Source: Candidatus Peribacteria bacterium
Lineage (GTDB): Bacteria; Patescibacteriota; Gracilibacteria; Peribacterales; Peribacteraceae
Direction of reading: 5' to 3'
Length of the DNA stretch: 64,000 bases
Assembly: GCA_041691135.1 (NCBI GenBank)
Contig: JBEPVF010000007.1
Coordinates: forward strand, 13,377 to 77,376
Under the pieces are notes generated by a model. The model was not told where the DNA came from and searched no databases. It was given only the letters and a program-made list of their open reading frames with translations. Of this stretch, positions 9,817 through 18,838 are shown one piece after another (positions within the stretch are counted from its first letter, which is position 1; every line of letters starts with the position of its first letter). Position numbers and translations under genes: made by a program.

Positions 9817-10401
9817 ATGGCGAATTCGTCTCTTGAGGAATCCGAGATTCAGCGGCTGGTCGTACAGGCGCAGGGTGGAGACACCGAGGCGTTCGGCCGT
9901 GTGTACGATCACTACTTTACTGCCGTGTATCGGTACACTGCGTTCCGGTCTCCGGCCGAGATGGCGGAGGATCTGGTGGCGGACATCTTCGTGAAAGCGT
10001 GGGAGAAGCTGCATCAGTACAAACCGCAAAAAGACGTGTCCTTCGGGGCTTGGATTTTCCGTATCGCACGCCACACGGTGATTGATGCCTATCGTACACA
10101 TCGGGCGTTTGAAGAAGTATCCGAGGATATCGTCGATCCAGATCAGTTTAACAGGGCTGATACGCGCATTAATAGTAAGGAACTTTTACAGACAGTTCGT
10201 CAAGCAGTAAGCCAGCTCCCCAAACGCTACCGGGAGGTGATTCTATTGTGCTTCGTCGCCGATCTACCCCATAGCGAAGTGGCCAGGGTGCTCAAAACCA
10301 GCGAAGGAAACGTCCGTACGCTCAAATTACGGGCTCTCCAGAAGCTCGAAACCCTTCTCCCCCGCGATGTGCACGAAAAACCGCCGTCTTACCCCTCCTA
10401 A
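9817..10401 (+). CDS. ECF sigma-70 factor
   Basis: GDTEAFGRVYDHY, AEDLVADIFVKAW, WIFRIARHTVID; region 4 HSEVARVLKTSEGNVR. Confidence 0.92.
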   Translation: MANSSLEESEIQRLVVQAQGGDTEAFGRVYDHYFTAVYRYTAFRSPAEMAEDLVADIFVKAWEKLHQYKPQKDVSFGAWIFRIARHTVIDAYRTHRAFEEVSEDIVDPDQFNRADTRINSKELLQTVRQAVSQLPKRYREVILLCFVADLPHSEVARVLKTSEGNVRTLKLRALQKLETLLPRDVHEKPPSYPS

Positions 10402-10440
10402 ATTGTAACAGCATGCCATTTTCTTCGTTATCTGCAGTGC

Positions 10441-12315
10441 ATGGATCGTAAGCGAATACCCTCTGGCAAGCCGTTTGAATCCTCTTTGGAGGGACATCTG
10501 CACCAGGTGCAGCAGCATCTCGATCCTCATCAGAGTGTGAAACAGAAAATTCATAGCCGTATTCAACAACGTATTCAGGAGCCGGCTGTTTTTGAGGATG
10601 TCCGCCGCGTTCTCTCGCCGAACGCAGCAACGAAGCTGCGTGTATGGCAGCGCGCGTGGGGTCGCATTGCGCCACTGGGCGATCTGAGTCTGTGGGATCG
10701 ATTGCGGGCACTTCTTTCACCACAGCATTCGGTGCAGGAAGCCTTGCGCGGTCGCGTCATGAATCGCCTGCAGCCGACGCCCGTCTACGTGTATTCGTCG
10801 CATCCCATCAAATGGGTGGCGGCTTTCGTTCTCGTGGCGTTGGTCACCACGACGGTTGCACCGTTCCTCGTTGCACCCCGTACGATTGCCGACTCACAAG
10901 TGCTCGTGCAGGGGCAGGTGTTCCTGCTCATGGATGGTAATCTCTGGCAACCGATGCAGACCGAATTCCCGCTGACCAAGAGCGCGTTCCTGCAAACAGG
11001 CAAGAATTCCGCCAAGATCATTCTGTACGACGATGCGGTGTTTCGTATGGCGCCCAATACGACAATCGCATTGCATGATTTAACAGACCGTCCGGCAATA
11101 CCGACCTATCCGACAACTCTCACCGTCTATAAGGGCAAAGTTTGGGCGCAGGGTTTTGTGGCAGATGGCGAAAGTCCGCTGACAATCGCGGTAGGTGATG
11201 AGACGGTTACGCTCAACGAAGGCAGCGTCTCCATCGACGAAACCGGTCGTGTGCAGGTGTGGAACCGTCGTGCGACGATTGCGCAGGCTGATCAGCAGTT
11301 GAACCTGCTCGCCGGAGAAGAAACGCATGCCGTGAAGAACAGTCCGCTCATCGCCCAGAAGATACCGTCGAACGATTACGACACGCCGTGGGTTACCAAG
11401 AACCTGGCATTCGATGCGGTGCACCAGCGCGAGATCGCGCAAATCCAGCAGGAGCGTCTGGCCGCGGCGGCGGGAATCCTACCCACCAGTCCTTTTTACG
11501 TCGTCAAACGTGCAGCCGAAGCAGTGGATCGCGCGTTTACCTTCACGCCGGAGCAGAAAACCAAGAAGATCCTGGCGCAGGCCAATACGCGATTGAAGGA
11601 AGCGGCGGCTTTGATCGTGGATGGAAGTTCGGATGTCTCCGCACCGCTTGCCGAGTACCGTGCAGCCGTGTTATCGGTAGCCAGCGGATCAACCGTAACG
11701 CAGTCGCTGGTTCAGGAAGACATCACCAATACGACGGCAGACTTATCGGCCGCACTGCCCAATGATGCCGGTTACCAGCTTAAAGAAACGGTGCTCGGGA
11801 CAGCGGCCGCACTGCCGAACAGTTCGATCAATGTTCAAGATGTGCTGCTCGCCGACAAACTGATGGCCGTGAAGCAGACGGTGGAGGAAGGCAAAGATGT
11901 GCAGCCGAATGTACTCAGCGATCTGGCACCGAATCTCGGCAACCAGGACAGTGCTTCACCTGAGCTGCAGGAAGCTGCAGCCTCGCTCTCGGTAGCGCAG
12001 AACGCCTTCGAGAATGTCGATGGCTTGGCCGGCACCGGTGCATCGAAAGACATGAAGAGCGTACGTCCATCGCATGCTCCCACGAGTCCAATCGCCGCCG
12101 ATATTCCTGCGGCAGTGGGCATGTTACTTGGAAGGATGAATACGTATCACTTGTCCGCTTCCATTACGGCGCAGGCTGTCACAGAAGTACGTAACCTCCA
12201 GGGAAATCCTGATCGCGATGCCATTATCCGCGAGGCGATCCGCCAGCTGGATGCACCGTACAATACGGCTTTGGCACATGCGTTGCAGAAAGCGAAGGGG
12301 AAGGGGCAGTGGTAA
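10441..12315 (+). CDS. membrane-anchored FecR-like + DUF5667-like protein, putative anti-sigma factor
   Basis: One TM helix, then a beta-rich FecR-like region (LQTGKNSAKIILYDDAVFRMAPNT) and AGILPTSPFYVVKRAAE (DUF5667-like); directly downstream of the ECF sigma gene. Confidence 0.72.
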   Translation: MDRKRIPSGKPFESSLEGHLHQVQQHLDPHQSVKQKIHSRIQQRIQEPAVFEDVRRVLSPNAATKLRVWQRAWGRIAPLGDLSLWDRLRALLSPQHSVQEALRGRVMNRLQPTPVYVYSSHPIKWVAAFVLVALVTTTVAPFLVAPRTIADSQVLVQGQVFLLMDGNLWQPMQTEFPLTKSAFLQTGKNSAKIILYDDAVFRMAPNTTIALHDLTDRPAIPTYPTTLTVYKGKVWAQGFVADGESPLTIAVGDETVTLNEGSVSIDETGRVQVWNRRATIAQADQQLNLLAGEETHAVKNSPLIAQKIPSNDYDTPWVTKNLAFDAVHQREIAQIQQERLAAAAGILPTSPFYVVKRAAEAVDRAFTFTPEQKTKKILAQANTRLKEAAALIVDGSSDVSAPLAEYRAAVLSVASGSTVTQSLVQEDITNTTADLSAALPNDAGYQLKETVLGTAAALPNSSINVQDVLLADKLMAVKQTVEEGKDVQPNVLSDLAPNLGNQDSASPELQEAAASLSVAQNAFENVDGLAGTGASKDMKSVRPSHAPTSPIAADIPAAVGMLLGRMNTYHLSASITAQAVTEVRNLQGNPDRDAIIREAIRQLDAPYNTALAHALQKAKGKGQW

Positions 12316-12501
12316 TAGACAGGATCGTGCAGTGGTTATCCTTCTTCAAGAGAAGCCGACGGCTGAAGGAGAGGATTATGAGGATTTTTTCACGATGATT
12401 TGAAATTGTAATTGTCGCTTCTATCGGTTCCCTCGACGCCGCCGGTTTCCTCTTCGTTGAAGTATTGACTAGCCTCCGGTCCCCCTGCACACTTTGCTCC
12501 C

Positions 12502-13065
12502 ATGTATACCATTACGGATCTCAAGCCCGGCCGCGCCATCAATATCGATGGCGAACCGTACCTCATTCTCAGCTCGCAGTTCGGCCGCAAAAGCCAGAGC
12601 AAGGCGAACATGCAGACCAAGCTGAAGAACCTGAAGACAGGCGCCATCGTCGCCAGGAACTTCCAGGGATCCGAAAAGATCGAGCCGGCCGATGTGGGCT
12701 ACCGCAAGGTGCAGTACCTCTACAACGACGGTTCCAATTACACGTTCATGGATCTGCAGACCTACGATCAGTACGAGTTATCGGCTGAGGTGATGGAAGA
12801 GACGGGCGGTTATCTGGTGGATGGTCAGGAAGTGGATGCGCTCATGTTCCAGGACAATCCTATCGGTATCAATGTGCCGTCTACTGTCACCTTGGTAGTC
12901 AAAGAGACGATCCCTGGCGTGAAGGGCGACACGGCCACCGGCGGTTCCAAACCGGCCACGCTGGAAACAGGCATGACGGTGAACGTTCCACTCTTCATCA
13001 ACGAAGGCGATAAAGTGAAAGTGAATACCGAGACGGGGGAGTATATGGAGCGAGTGAATTCTTAA
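12502..13065 (+). CDS. efp: translation elongation factor P
   Basis: QYLYNDG, PGVKGDTATGGSKPATLETG, VPLFINEGD and TGEYMER motifs. Confidence 0.97.
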   Translation: MYTITDLKPGRAINIDGEPYLILSSQFGRKSQSKANMQTKLKNLKTGAIVARNFQGSEKIEPADVGYRKVQYLYNDGSNYTFMDLQTYDQYELSAEVMEETGGYLVDGQEVDALMFQDNPIGINVPSTVTLVVKETIPGVKGDTATGGSKPATLETGMTVNVPLFINEGDKVKVNTETGEYMERVNS

Positions 13066-13071
13066 CTAGTT

Positions 13072-13359
13072 ATGCCAAGGGAAACCATAAGAGACTTCTT
13101 TGATTTTGGCGACGAGAATCCGCCGCCTCTTCGATCCTTGCGCGAAGAGCTCGGTCTGCCCGAGCCGGAGAATGTACCTGGCGGCCCTACTGTTTCAGAA
13201 GATTTATTGTTGAGCCTTATCCGAAAACAGCTTAGCCGAGAGTTGGCAGTAGTTCTGTACAGCTTGATTGAAAAATATATAGCCTGGAGGAAGGCCCATA
13301 TTCGATTGCTTCTTGAAGAAGCAGGACGAAGCGTGGCCAATCAAACAGAATCAAACTGA
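13072..13359 (+). CDS. hypothetical protein
   Basis: 95-aa ORF starting 7 nt after efp and filling the efp-gatB gap. Confidence 0.6.
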   Translation: MPRETIRDFFDFGDENPPPLRSLREELGLPEPENVPGGPTVSEDLLLSLIRKQLSRELAVVLYSLIEKYIAWRKAHIRLLLEEAGRSVANQTESN

Positions 13360-13377
13360 AAGGAGAAATACTGCTGT

Positions 13378-14805
13378 TTACGTAATTTTCTTCAACAATA
13401 ATTCATTCACTTTCTTCGGGTTCGCCTGACCTTTGGATTCTTTCATAATCCATCCCACTACCGGACCCAGTGCCGATTGCTTGCCTGCTTTGTATGATTC
13501 AATTGCTCCCTGATTCGCGGCTACGGCTTTGTCGACAAGTTCCTGCAGAGCGCCGTCATCCGAGATCTGTCCCATACCTTCTTCCTTGATGATGTCGTAG
13601 GCGGATTTGCCGGTGGTGACCATCTTTTCCAGAACATCTTTTCCGGCATTGCCGGAAATTGTGCCGTCTTCGATATTCGTAGCCAAATCCAAAAGTGCTT
13701 GCACATCGGGCGCATCGGCGAGGGTGTTGCCGTGAGCATTAAGGAAGCCCATCAGCTGCGTGAGCACGATGCTCGAGGCCTTCTTGGCGTCGTTCAGTTT
13801 GGTGTAGACGGCGTCGAAGCGCAGGCGCAGAGCCGCTTCATCGATGAGCATGGTAGCCTCAGCGTTGGAAAGCTTCAGATCCAGATATTGCTGCTTCAGT
13901 TCGCGGGGCAGCGGTGGTAAGGCGCCCTGTACTTGTTTGAGCATTGCCGTGTCCACATGCATCGGTGGAATATCCGGTTCGGGGAAGTAGCGATAGTCGC
14001 CGGCATTCTCTTTGTCGCGCAGTAGACGCGTCTTCTCTTCGTCATCCTGCCAGCCGACTGTAATGTCGCCCGTGAGCGGACCGCCTGTCTCTTCCCACAA
14101 TTTGCGCAGCCGTTTTTCCTCGTACTGCAGGGCTTTTTCGAGTGACTTGAAGGAGTTCAGGTTCTTGATCTCGCTACGTGGGTTCAGTTTCTCGGTTCCC
14201 TTTTCACGCAACGAAATCGACGCGTCGAAGCGCATCATGCCTTTGAACATATCGGCCTCGCTGCTGTCGACGGCCACGACGATGCGCCGCAGTTCCTGGG
14301 CAAAAGCCACGGCTTCGTCCGACGAACGCAAGTCTGGCTCAGTCACAATCTCCATCAAGGGCGTGCCGGCGCGGTTGTAATCGCACAGTGTTTTGCCGCC
14401 TTCGTGGCTCAGCTTACCGGCATCGTTCTCCATGTGCAGCCGCGTGATGCCGCAGCGCATTTCTTTGTTCGGCAGGTCGTAATGGACCTCGCCGTGCTGC
14501 GCCAGTGGGAAGTCGTACTGCGAGATTTGGAAGCCCGAAGGGAGATCAGGGTAAAAGTAGTGCTTGCGGTCGAAGTGGCTGTGCTCGTTCACTTTGCATT
14601 TGAGCGCCAGTGACGCCTTGATCGATTTGAAGAACGCTTCTTTGTTGGGCACCGGCAATGTTCCGGGGTGTCCCATACATACCGGACACACTGTCGTGTT
14701 CGGTTCTTTGCCAAACGCATCGTTGTCGCAATTGCAGAACATCTTCGTCTTCGTATTCATCTGTGCGTGCACTTCCAAGCCGATAATCACTTCCAATTCA
14801 GCCAT
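13378..14805 (-). CDS. gatB: Asp/Glu-tRNA amidotransferase subunit B
   Basis: IGLEVHAQ, FDRKHYFYPDLP, NRAGTPLMEIVTEP, EIKNLNSF and YRYFPEPD motifs. Confidence 0.97.
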   Translation of the reverse strand: MAELEVIIGLEVHAQMNTKTKMFCNCDNDAFGKEPNTTVCPVCMGHPGTLPVPNKEAFFKSIKASLALKCKVNEHSHFDRKHYFYPDLPSGFQISQYDFPLAQHGEVHYDLPNKEMRCGITRLHMENDAGKLSHEGGKTLCDYNRAGTPLMEIVTEPDLRSSDEAVAFAQELRRIVVAVDSSEADMFKGMMRFDASISLREKGTEKLNPRSEIKNLNSFKSLEKALQYEEKRLRKLWEETGGPLTGDITVGWQDDEEKTRLLRDKENAGDYRYFPEPDIPPMHVDTAMLKQVQGALPPLPRELKQQYLDLKLSNAEATMLIDEAALRLRFDAVYTKLNDAKKASSIVLTQLMGFLNAHGNTLADAPDVQALLDLATNIEDGTISGNAGKDVLEKMVTTGKSAYDIIKEEGMGQISDDGALQELVDKAVAANQGAIESYKAGKQSALGPVVGWIMKESKGQANPKKVNELLLKKIT

Positions 14806-14866
14806 GCCAAAAGATTACTTTTTTGCGCTCGCATATGCAATTATTCATAAGCTTGACAATACATAA

Positions 14867-14894
14867 TTGACATTGTTTAAAGCAAGAATACGAT
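14867..14894 (+). promoter_or_regulatory. sigma-70-type promoter, probably giving a leaderless transcript
   Basis: TTGACA-16 nt-TACGAT ending 6 nt before ATG 14901. Confidence 0.6.
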
Positions 14895-14900
14895 TTGTGT

Positions 14901-15491
14901 ATGATTCAACGAATCCGTCCTGAAGGCAGTGAACGGGCTGAAGAATCTGATGAGATACTCATGAGCCGATATAAGGGCGAAGGGAATCAAGAAGCCTTCG
15001 CACAACTTCTTGACCGTTATCAGGCGGAATTGCTTCGATATCTTACCAAATACACCGGTTCGTCCGAGCTGGGGGCCGATATTTTGCAAAATACATTTAT
15101 GCAGATACTTCTCAAAAAACATCTTTATAAAGATGGGGCTTTGGTAAGACCGTGGCTTTATTCTATCGCAACCCATCAGGCAATTGATGTGCTTCGCAAA
15201 ATAGGAAAACATCCAACTGTTAGTTTAGATCAGCCAATAAAAAGTGAGTTCATGGATCCTTTGGTTGTTGAAGAGCAAAAAGACTGCGTGAGAACTGCAA
15301 TAGCCGACCTTAGCCCTGTATTGCGTGAAGTTGTGGTGTTGGCGTACTTCCAAAATTTTAAATACCGAGAGATTTCTGATAGGCTTAAAGTTCCTATAGG
15401 TACTGTGAAATCTCGGCTGCACGCTGCATTGTTAAAGTTGCGAGAAGAAAGACGTCTATTGTTTGGTGAAAATGAAGTACCTCAAACTTAA
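14901..15491 (+). CDS. ECF sigma-70 factor (lower GC, apparently foreign)
   Basis: EAFAQLLDRYQ, DILQNTFMQ, RPWLYSIATHQAID and YREISDRLKVPIGTVKSRLH motifs. Confidence 0.9.
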   Translation: MIQRIRPEGSERAEESDEILMSRYKGEGNQEAFAQLLDRYQAELLRYLTKYTGSSELGADILQNTFMQILLKKHLYKDGALVRPWLYSIATHQAIDVLRKIGKHPTVSLDQPIKSEFMDPLVVEEQKDCVRTAIADLSPVLREVVVLAYFQNFKYREISDRLKVPIGTVKSRLHAALLKLREERRLLFGENEVPQT

Positions 15492-15499
15492 AATCACTT

Positions 15500-15937
15500 C
15501 TAATAATCCACGATCAACATCCCTTCCAAATGATCCACCTCGTGCTGCACCACGCGTGCATCAAAGTTTTGGAGTTGGCGCTCCTGGGGTTTACCTTTTT
15601 CGTCGAGATACTTGACTGTGATTTCGACCGAACGGGGAACCGGAATCCAGACGTGCGGCAGGCTGAGGCAGCCTTCTTCGTCGATGGCTTTCTCGTCGCT
15701 GCGAAAAGTAATTTCTGGATTGATCAGCGGTGTGATTTTGTCGTTGATGTAAGCCAGGCATACGCGTGATTCGTCGGCAATCTGCGGTGCGGCGAGGCCG
15801 ACGCCTTTGGCTTCTATCATCGAATCCTTCATGTCTTCAATCAGTTTGAGTATTTTTTTAGTCACCTTAGGCACGGGTTTTGTCTTCTTGCGAAGAATGG
15901 GGTTATCGGCGCCGAAGACAATTGGCAGGATAGCCAT
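15500..15937 (-). CDS. def: peptide deformylase
   Basis: GVGLAAPQI, EGCLS and QHEVDHLEG motifs. Confidence 0.96.
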   Translation of the reverse strand: MAILPIVFGADNPILRKKTKPVPKVTKKILKLIEDMKDSMIEAKGVGLAAPQIADESRVCLAYINDKITPLINPEITFRSDEKAIDEEGCLSLPHVWIPVPRSVEITVKYLDEKGKPQERQLQNFDARVVQHEVDHLEGMLIVDY

Positions 15938-16005
15938 GCTCAGATTCTACAACAGAAAATTTGAAGCACTAGATTAGATGCATTCGAATGTCGTGCTTCG
16001 TGCTT

Positions 16006-16587
16006 TTAGGCCACCAGTTGCTTCAGTCCGGCTTTCTTCCTCAGATCCTCCAAGGTCTTGATATTCCCCACTTCCATCATTTTCAAAACCGCTTGCGCCG
16101 CCAGGATCGTATCACCAAGAGCGCGGTGTCGTTCGACCGGCATCTGCAAATTGAATTTACGGCAGATGACATCCAGACTGTGGCGGAATTCCTGGGGGTA
16201 GAGGCTCTGGCTGAGGCGCATGCTGCACAGGCATTCGGGCAGGTCGACGTAGCCCCAGCAGAATTCTTTTTCGCTGGTCAGGAAGCCATGGTCAAATGCG
16301 GCATTGTGGGCGATGAGGATCGTGCCGCTGGCAAACTCCAGAAACTGCGGCAAGACGGCGTCGATAGTCGGCGCATCTTTCACGTCAGATTCATCGATCT
16401 TGTTCACTTGTTTGGCTTCCCAGGGAATGTCCCGCTCCGGATTCACGAACGAAACGAATGTTTTGTCTTCGCACAGCTTACCGTCTTGCACGCGTATACC
16501 GGCAATTTCGATAATGCGATGGCCTTTCTTCGGATCGAGGCCGGTCGTTTCCAGATCAAAAACGGTAAGAGGTGGCAGTGCGGACAT
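16006..16587 (-). CDS. DEDDh 3'-5' exonuclease (DnaQ/Pol III epsilon-like)
   Basis: FDLETTG, IIEIA, AHNAAFD and HRALGD motifs. Confidence 0.92.
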   Translation of the reverse strand: MSALPPLTVFDLETTGLDPKKGHRIIEIAGIRVQDGKLCEDKTFVSFVNPERDIPWEAKQVNKIDESDVKDAPTIDAVLPQFLEFASGTILIAHNAAFDHGFLTSEKEFCWGYVDLPECLCSMRLSQSLYPQEFRHSLDVICRKFNLQMPVERHRALGDTILAAQAVLKMMEVGNIKTLEDLRKKAGLKQLVA

Positions 16588-16756
16588 TGGGGGCTGACTA
16601 TAGTGATAGGCGGAGCGCGGCTCTAGCAATTTTTATTGACGTCAAAAGATCTCGTCTCTTCCAAGGATGACGCAGGATGAGAACAGATTCCAGCAGATAG
16701 TGGTTTTTCTTCTGTGGGTAGAGAATACAGCGAAGAGGATTTACACTCCTTCCATC

Positions 16757-17434
16757 ATGCTTTCCGTCGATACTGTTCTCCGCACGCTCAAGAAACTCTA
16801 TCAGCCGCCCAAGACTTTTTCGGAGTGGAAGACGCCGCTTGAGTTGGTGATCGCGACAGTCTTGAGCGCCCAGTGCACGGATGCACGTGTGAATCTGGTC
16901 ACCCGGGAGCTGTTTCGCAAGTACCGCTTACCGCAGGACTACCTGCGTGTTTCAATGCGGCAACTGGAGGACGATATCCGTCCGTGCGGCCTGTATCACA
17001 ACAAGGCGAAATTCATTCGTGCGCTGTGCGCGATTCTGTTGAAGGAGCACAACGGCGAAGTGCCGCAGACGATGAAGGAACTGACGGCACTGCCGGGAGT
17101 CGGGCGCAAGACAGCATCAATCGTGCTCTATGCGGGATTCGACAAACTTGAAGGGATCGCCGTAGACACTCACGTGCTCCGCCTCGCTTTGCGGTTGGGT
17201 TTCACCCGTTCCAAGGATCAGAAGCACGCGGAGGCGGATTTGATGCGTCAGACACCCAGGCGCGATTGGGGTGTGATCAATCCGCTGCTCATCAGTCATG
17301 GCCGGGCCGTGTGTACGGCCCGTGATCGGCGCTGCGAACGGTGTCCGTTTGCAGGGGAATGTCCGTCGTCGCGCATACTTGGCCATGACGATTTGGCGCG
17401 GACAGGCAAATCGGGGCCAAAAAAGAAAAAATGA
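16757..17434 (+). CDS. nth: endonuclease III
   Basis: LSAQCTD, HhH LPGVGRKTA, VDTHV and C-x6-C-x2-C-x5-C FeS motif. Confidence 0.95.
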   Translation: MLSVDTVLRTLKKLYQPPKTFSEWKTPLELVIATVLSAQCTDARVNLVTRELFRKYRLPQDYLRVSMRQLEDDIRPCGLYHNKAKFIRALCAILLKEHNGEVPQTMKELTALPGVGRKTASIVLYAGFDKLEGIAVDTHVLRLALRLGFTRSKDQKHAEADLMRQTPRRDWGVINPLLISHGRAVCTARDRRCERCPFAGECPSSRILGHDDLARTGKSGPKKKK

Positions 17435-17531
17435 CACAACAGTATTACGATGTTTTTGCTGTAGTTCCGCACGTTTCTTTTTCGACCTGTCGCTGTACCA
17501 TTCTCAGGTTGTATTCGTTTCTTTTGTCTCT

Positions 17532-17984
17532 ATGTCCAAGAAACTTTTTGCCCTCCTCGCTTTATCGACACTTGCTGTGGTTGCTTGCGGCACAGGTACG
17601 CCCTCCGCTCCGGATCAGACGTCGACAGATACCACCGCTTCGACCAACGAAAGCGCTGCTGCGCAGAACAACTGGCAGCCGGCGAGCGATGGTACCTGGA
17701 AAGACGGCGATGGCTTGACGATGAAAGTGCAGGACGGTTTTCTGATGTCGAGCCAGGATGGCAAGACATGGGCCGAAGTGCCCGACAATATGTGGCAGGG
17801 TACCGATGGCAATTGGTACAAGTTCGATGCGCAGGGGATGGTGTGGGTGAGTCATGATCAGGGGAAGGTGTGGGCTGCGGCATCCAACAACTCTTGGGCC
17901 GGTGGGAATGACATTTCTTTCACCATCAAAGACGGCCAGTTGATGCAGGGCAATACGACGGATCAGACGTCGAGCCACTCATAA
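17532..17984 (+). CDS. lipoprotein with Trp/Gly internal repeats
   Basis: Lipobox VVAC; Thr/Ser linker; repeated W-x7-W and S-x-D-(Q)G-K-x-W units. Confidence 0.78.
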   Translation: MSKKLFALLALSTLAVVACGTGTPSAPDQTSTDTTASTNESAAAQNNWQPASDGTWKDGDGLTMKVQDGFLMSSQDGKTWAEVPDNMWQGTDGNWYKFDAQGMVWVSHDQGKVWAAASNNSWAGGNDISFTIKDGQLMQGNTTDQTSSHS

Positions 17985-18040
17985 TTGTCTTGAAAGACCG
18001 GAAGCGCTACGGTTCGCGCAGTTTCCTTCTCTCGACGTTC

Positions 18041-18505
18041 ATGTCTACACCTCGTCCACTTCTCTTGATTCTGACGCTTTCGGCTCTGCTTGTCGCGTGC
18101 GGTAAGTCGCTCCCGCAGGCAACCAGTACTCCTCCGTATCCGGTCGATAATTTCGGGGCAACCAGCGGAACGGGTGCAATGGCGAGGTCGCTCTTGCCGG
18201 GAGAAACCGGTTACATTGATTTCCAAGATGGAGCGGTTGGAAATGGCGAGAAGTCACTCCTGTTTTTCTACGCCAAGTGGGATCCGTTCTCGAATGCCAA
18301 CGATGCGACCCTGCAAGCGTTGTATCAGCAACAACCTCTTCCCATTCGCATCTATAAGGTCGATTACGATACGCAGACTGATCTGAAGAATCGTTACGGC
18401 ATCACCCAGTCGAATACGTTTGTGTTGATTAATGCCAACGGCGATCCGCTCAAGATCATCAGTTATCCCAGCCAGGAGGATCTGAAGGTGCTGATTCAGG
18501 GATAA
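18041..18505 (+). CDS. thioredoxin-fold lipoprotein lacking CxxC
   Basis: Lipobox LVAC; LLFFYAKWDPFS at the WCxxC position; YKVDYD and YGITQSNTFVLI motifs. Confidence 0.8.
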   Translation: MSTPRPLLLILTLSALLVACGKSLPQATSTPPYPVDNFGATSGTGAMARSLLPGETGYIDFQDGAVGNGEKSLLFFYAKWDPFSNANDATLQALYQQQPLPIRIYKVDYDTQTDLKNRYGITQSNTFVLINANGDPLKIISYPSQEDLKVLIQG

Positions 18506-18595
18506 AACGTGTAATGACCAAATTCCAAGCCTCAATCAGCATGTTATTGGTAATTGAATTTTGGTGATTGGGATTTTAGCATCCGTTTTTATCTA

Positions 18596-18624
18596 TTGAC
18601 TAGAGATCCGTGCTAAGTTAATGT
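18596..18624 (+). promoter_or_regulatory. sigma-70-type promoter of the tandem-domain operon
   Basis: TTGACT-17 nt-TAATGT in an AT-rich stretch. Confidence 0.55.
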
Positions 18625-18838
18625 AATTATGTAACGGTACAAAGGTACAAATGACTATCCTCCTTTCACCCGTCGGCTTTTGGCGGCAGGGAACTCCCAA
18701 GCGGGGCTCTCTGAGGATCGTCTGATAGACAATTCAGGTCAGTAGGGAGCTCTGCTTCTTGTCGAAGCGGGGCATTTGGGTGGTTCCACAGGGAATTCGC
18801 TCGGCTGCTGATCTGTGAAAACATCGGAGGACGTAGAC

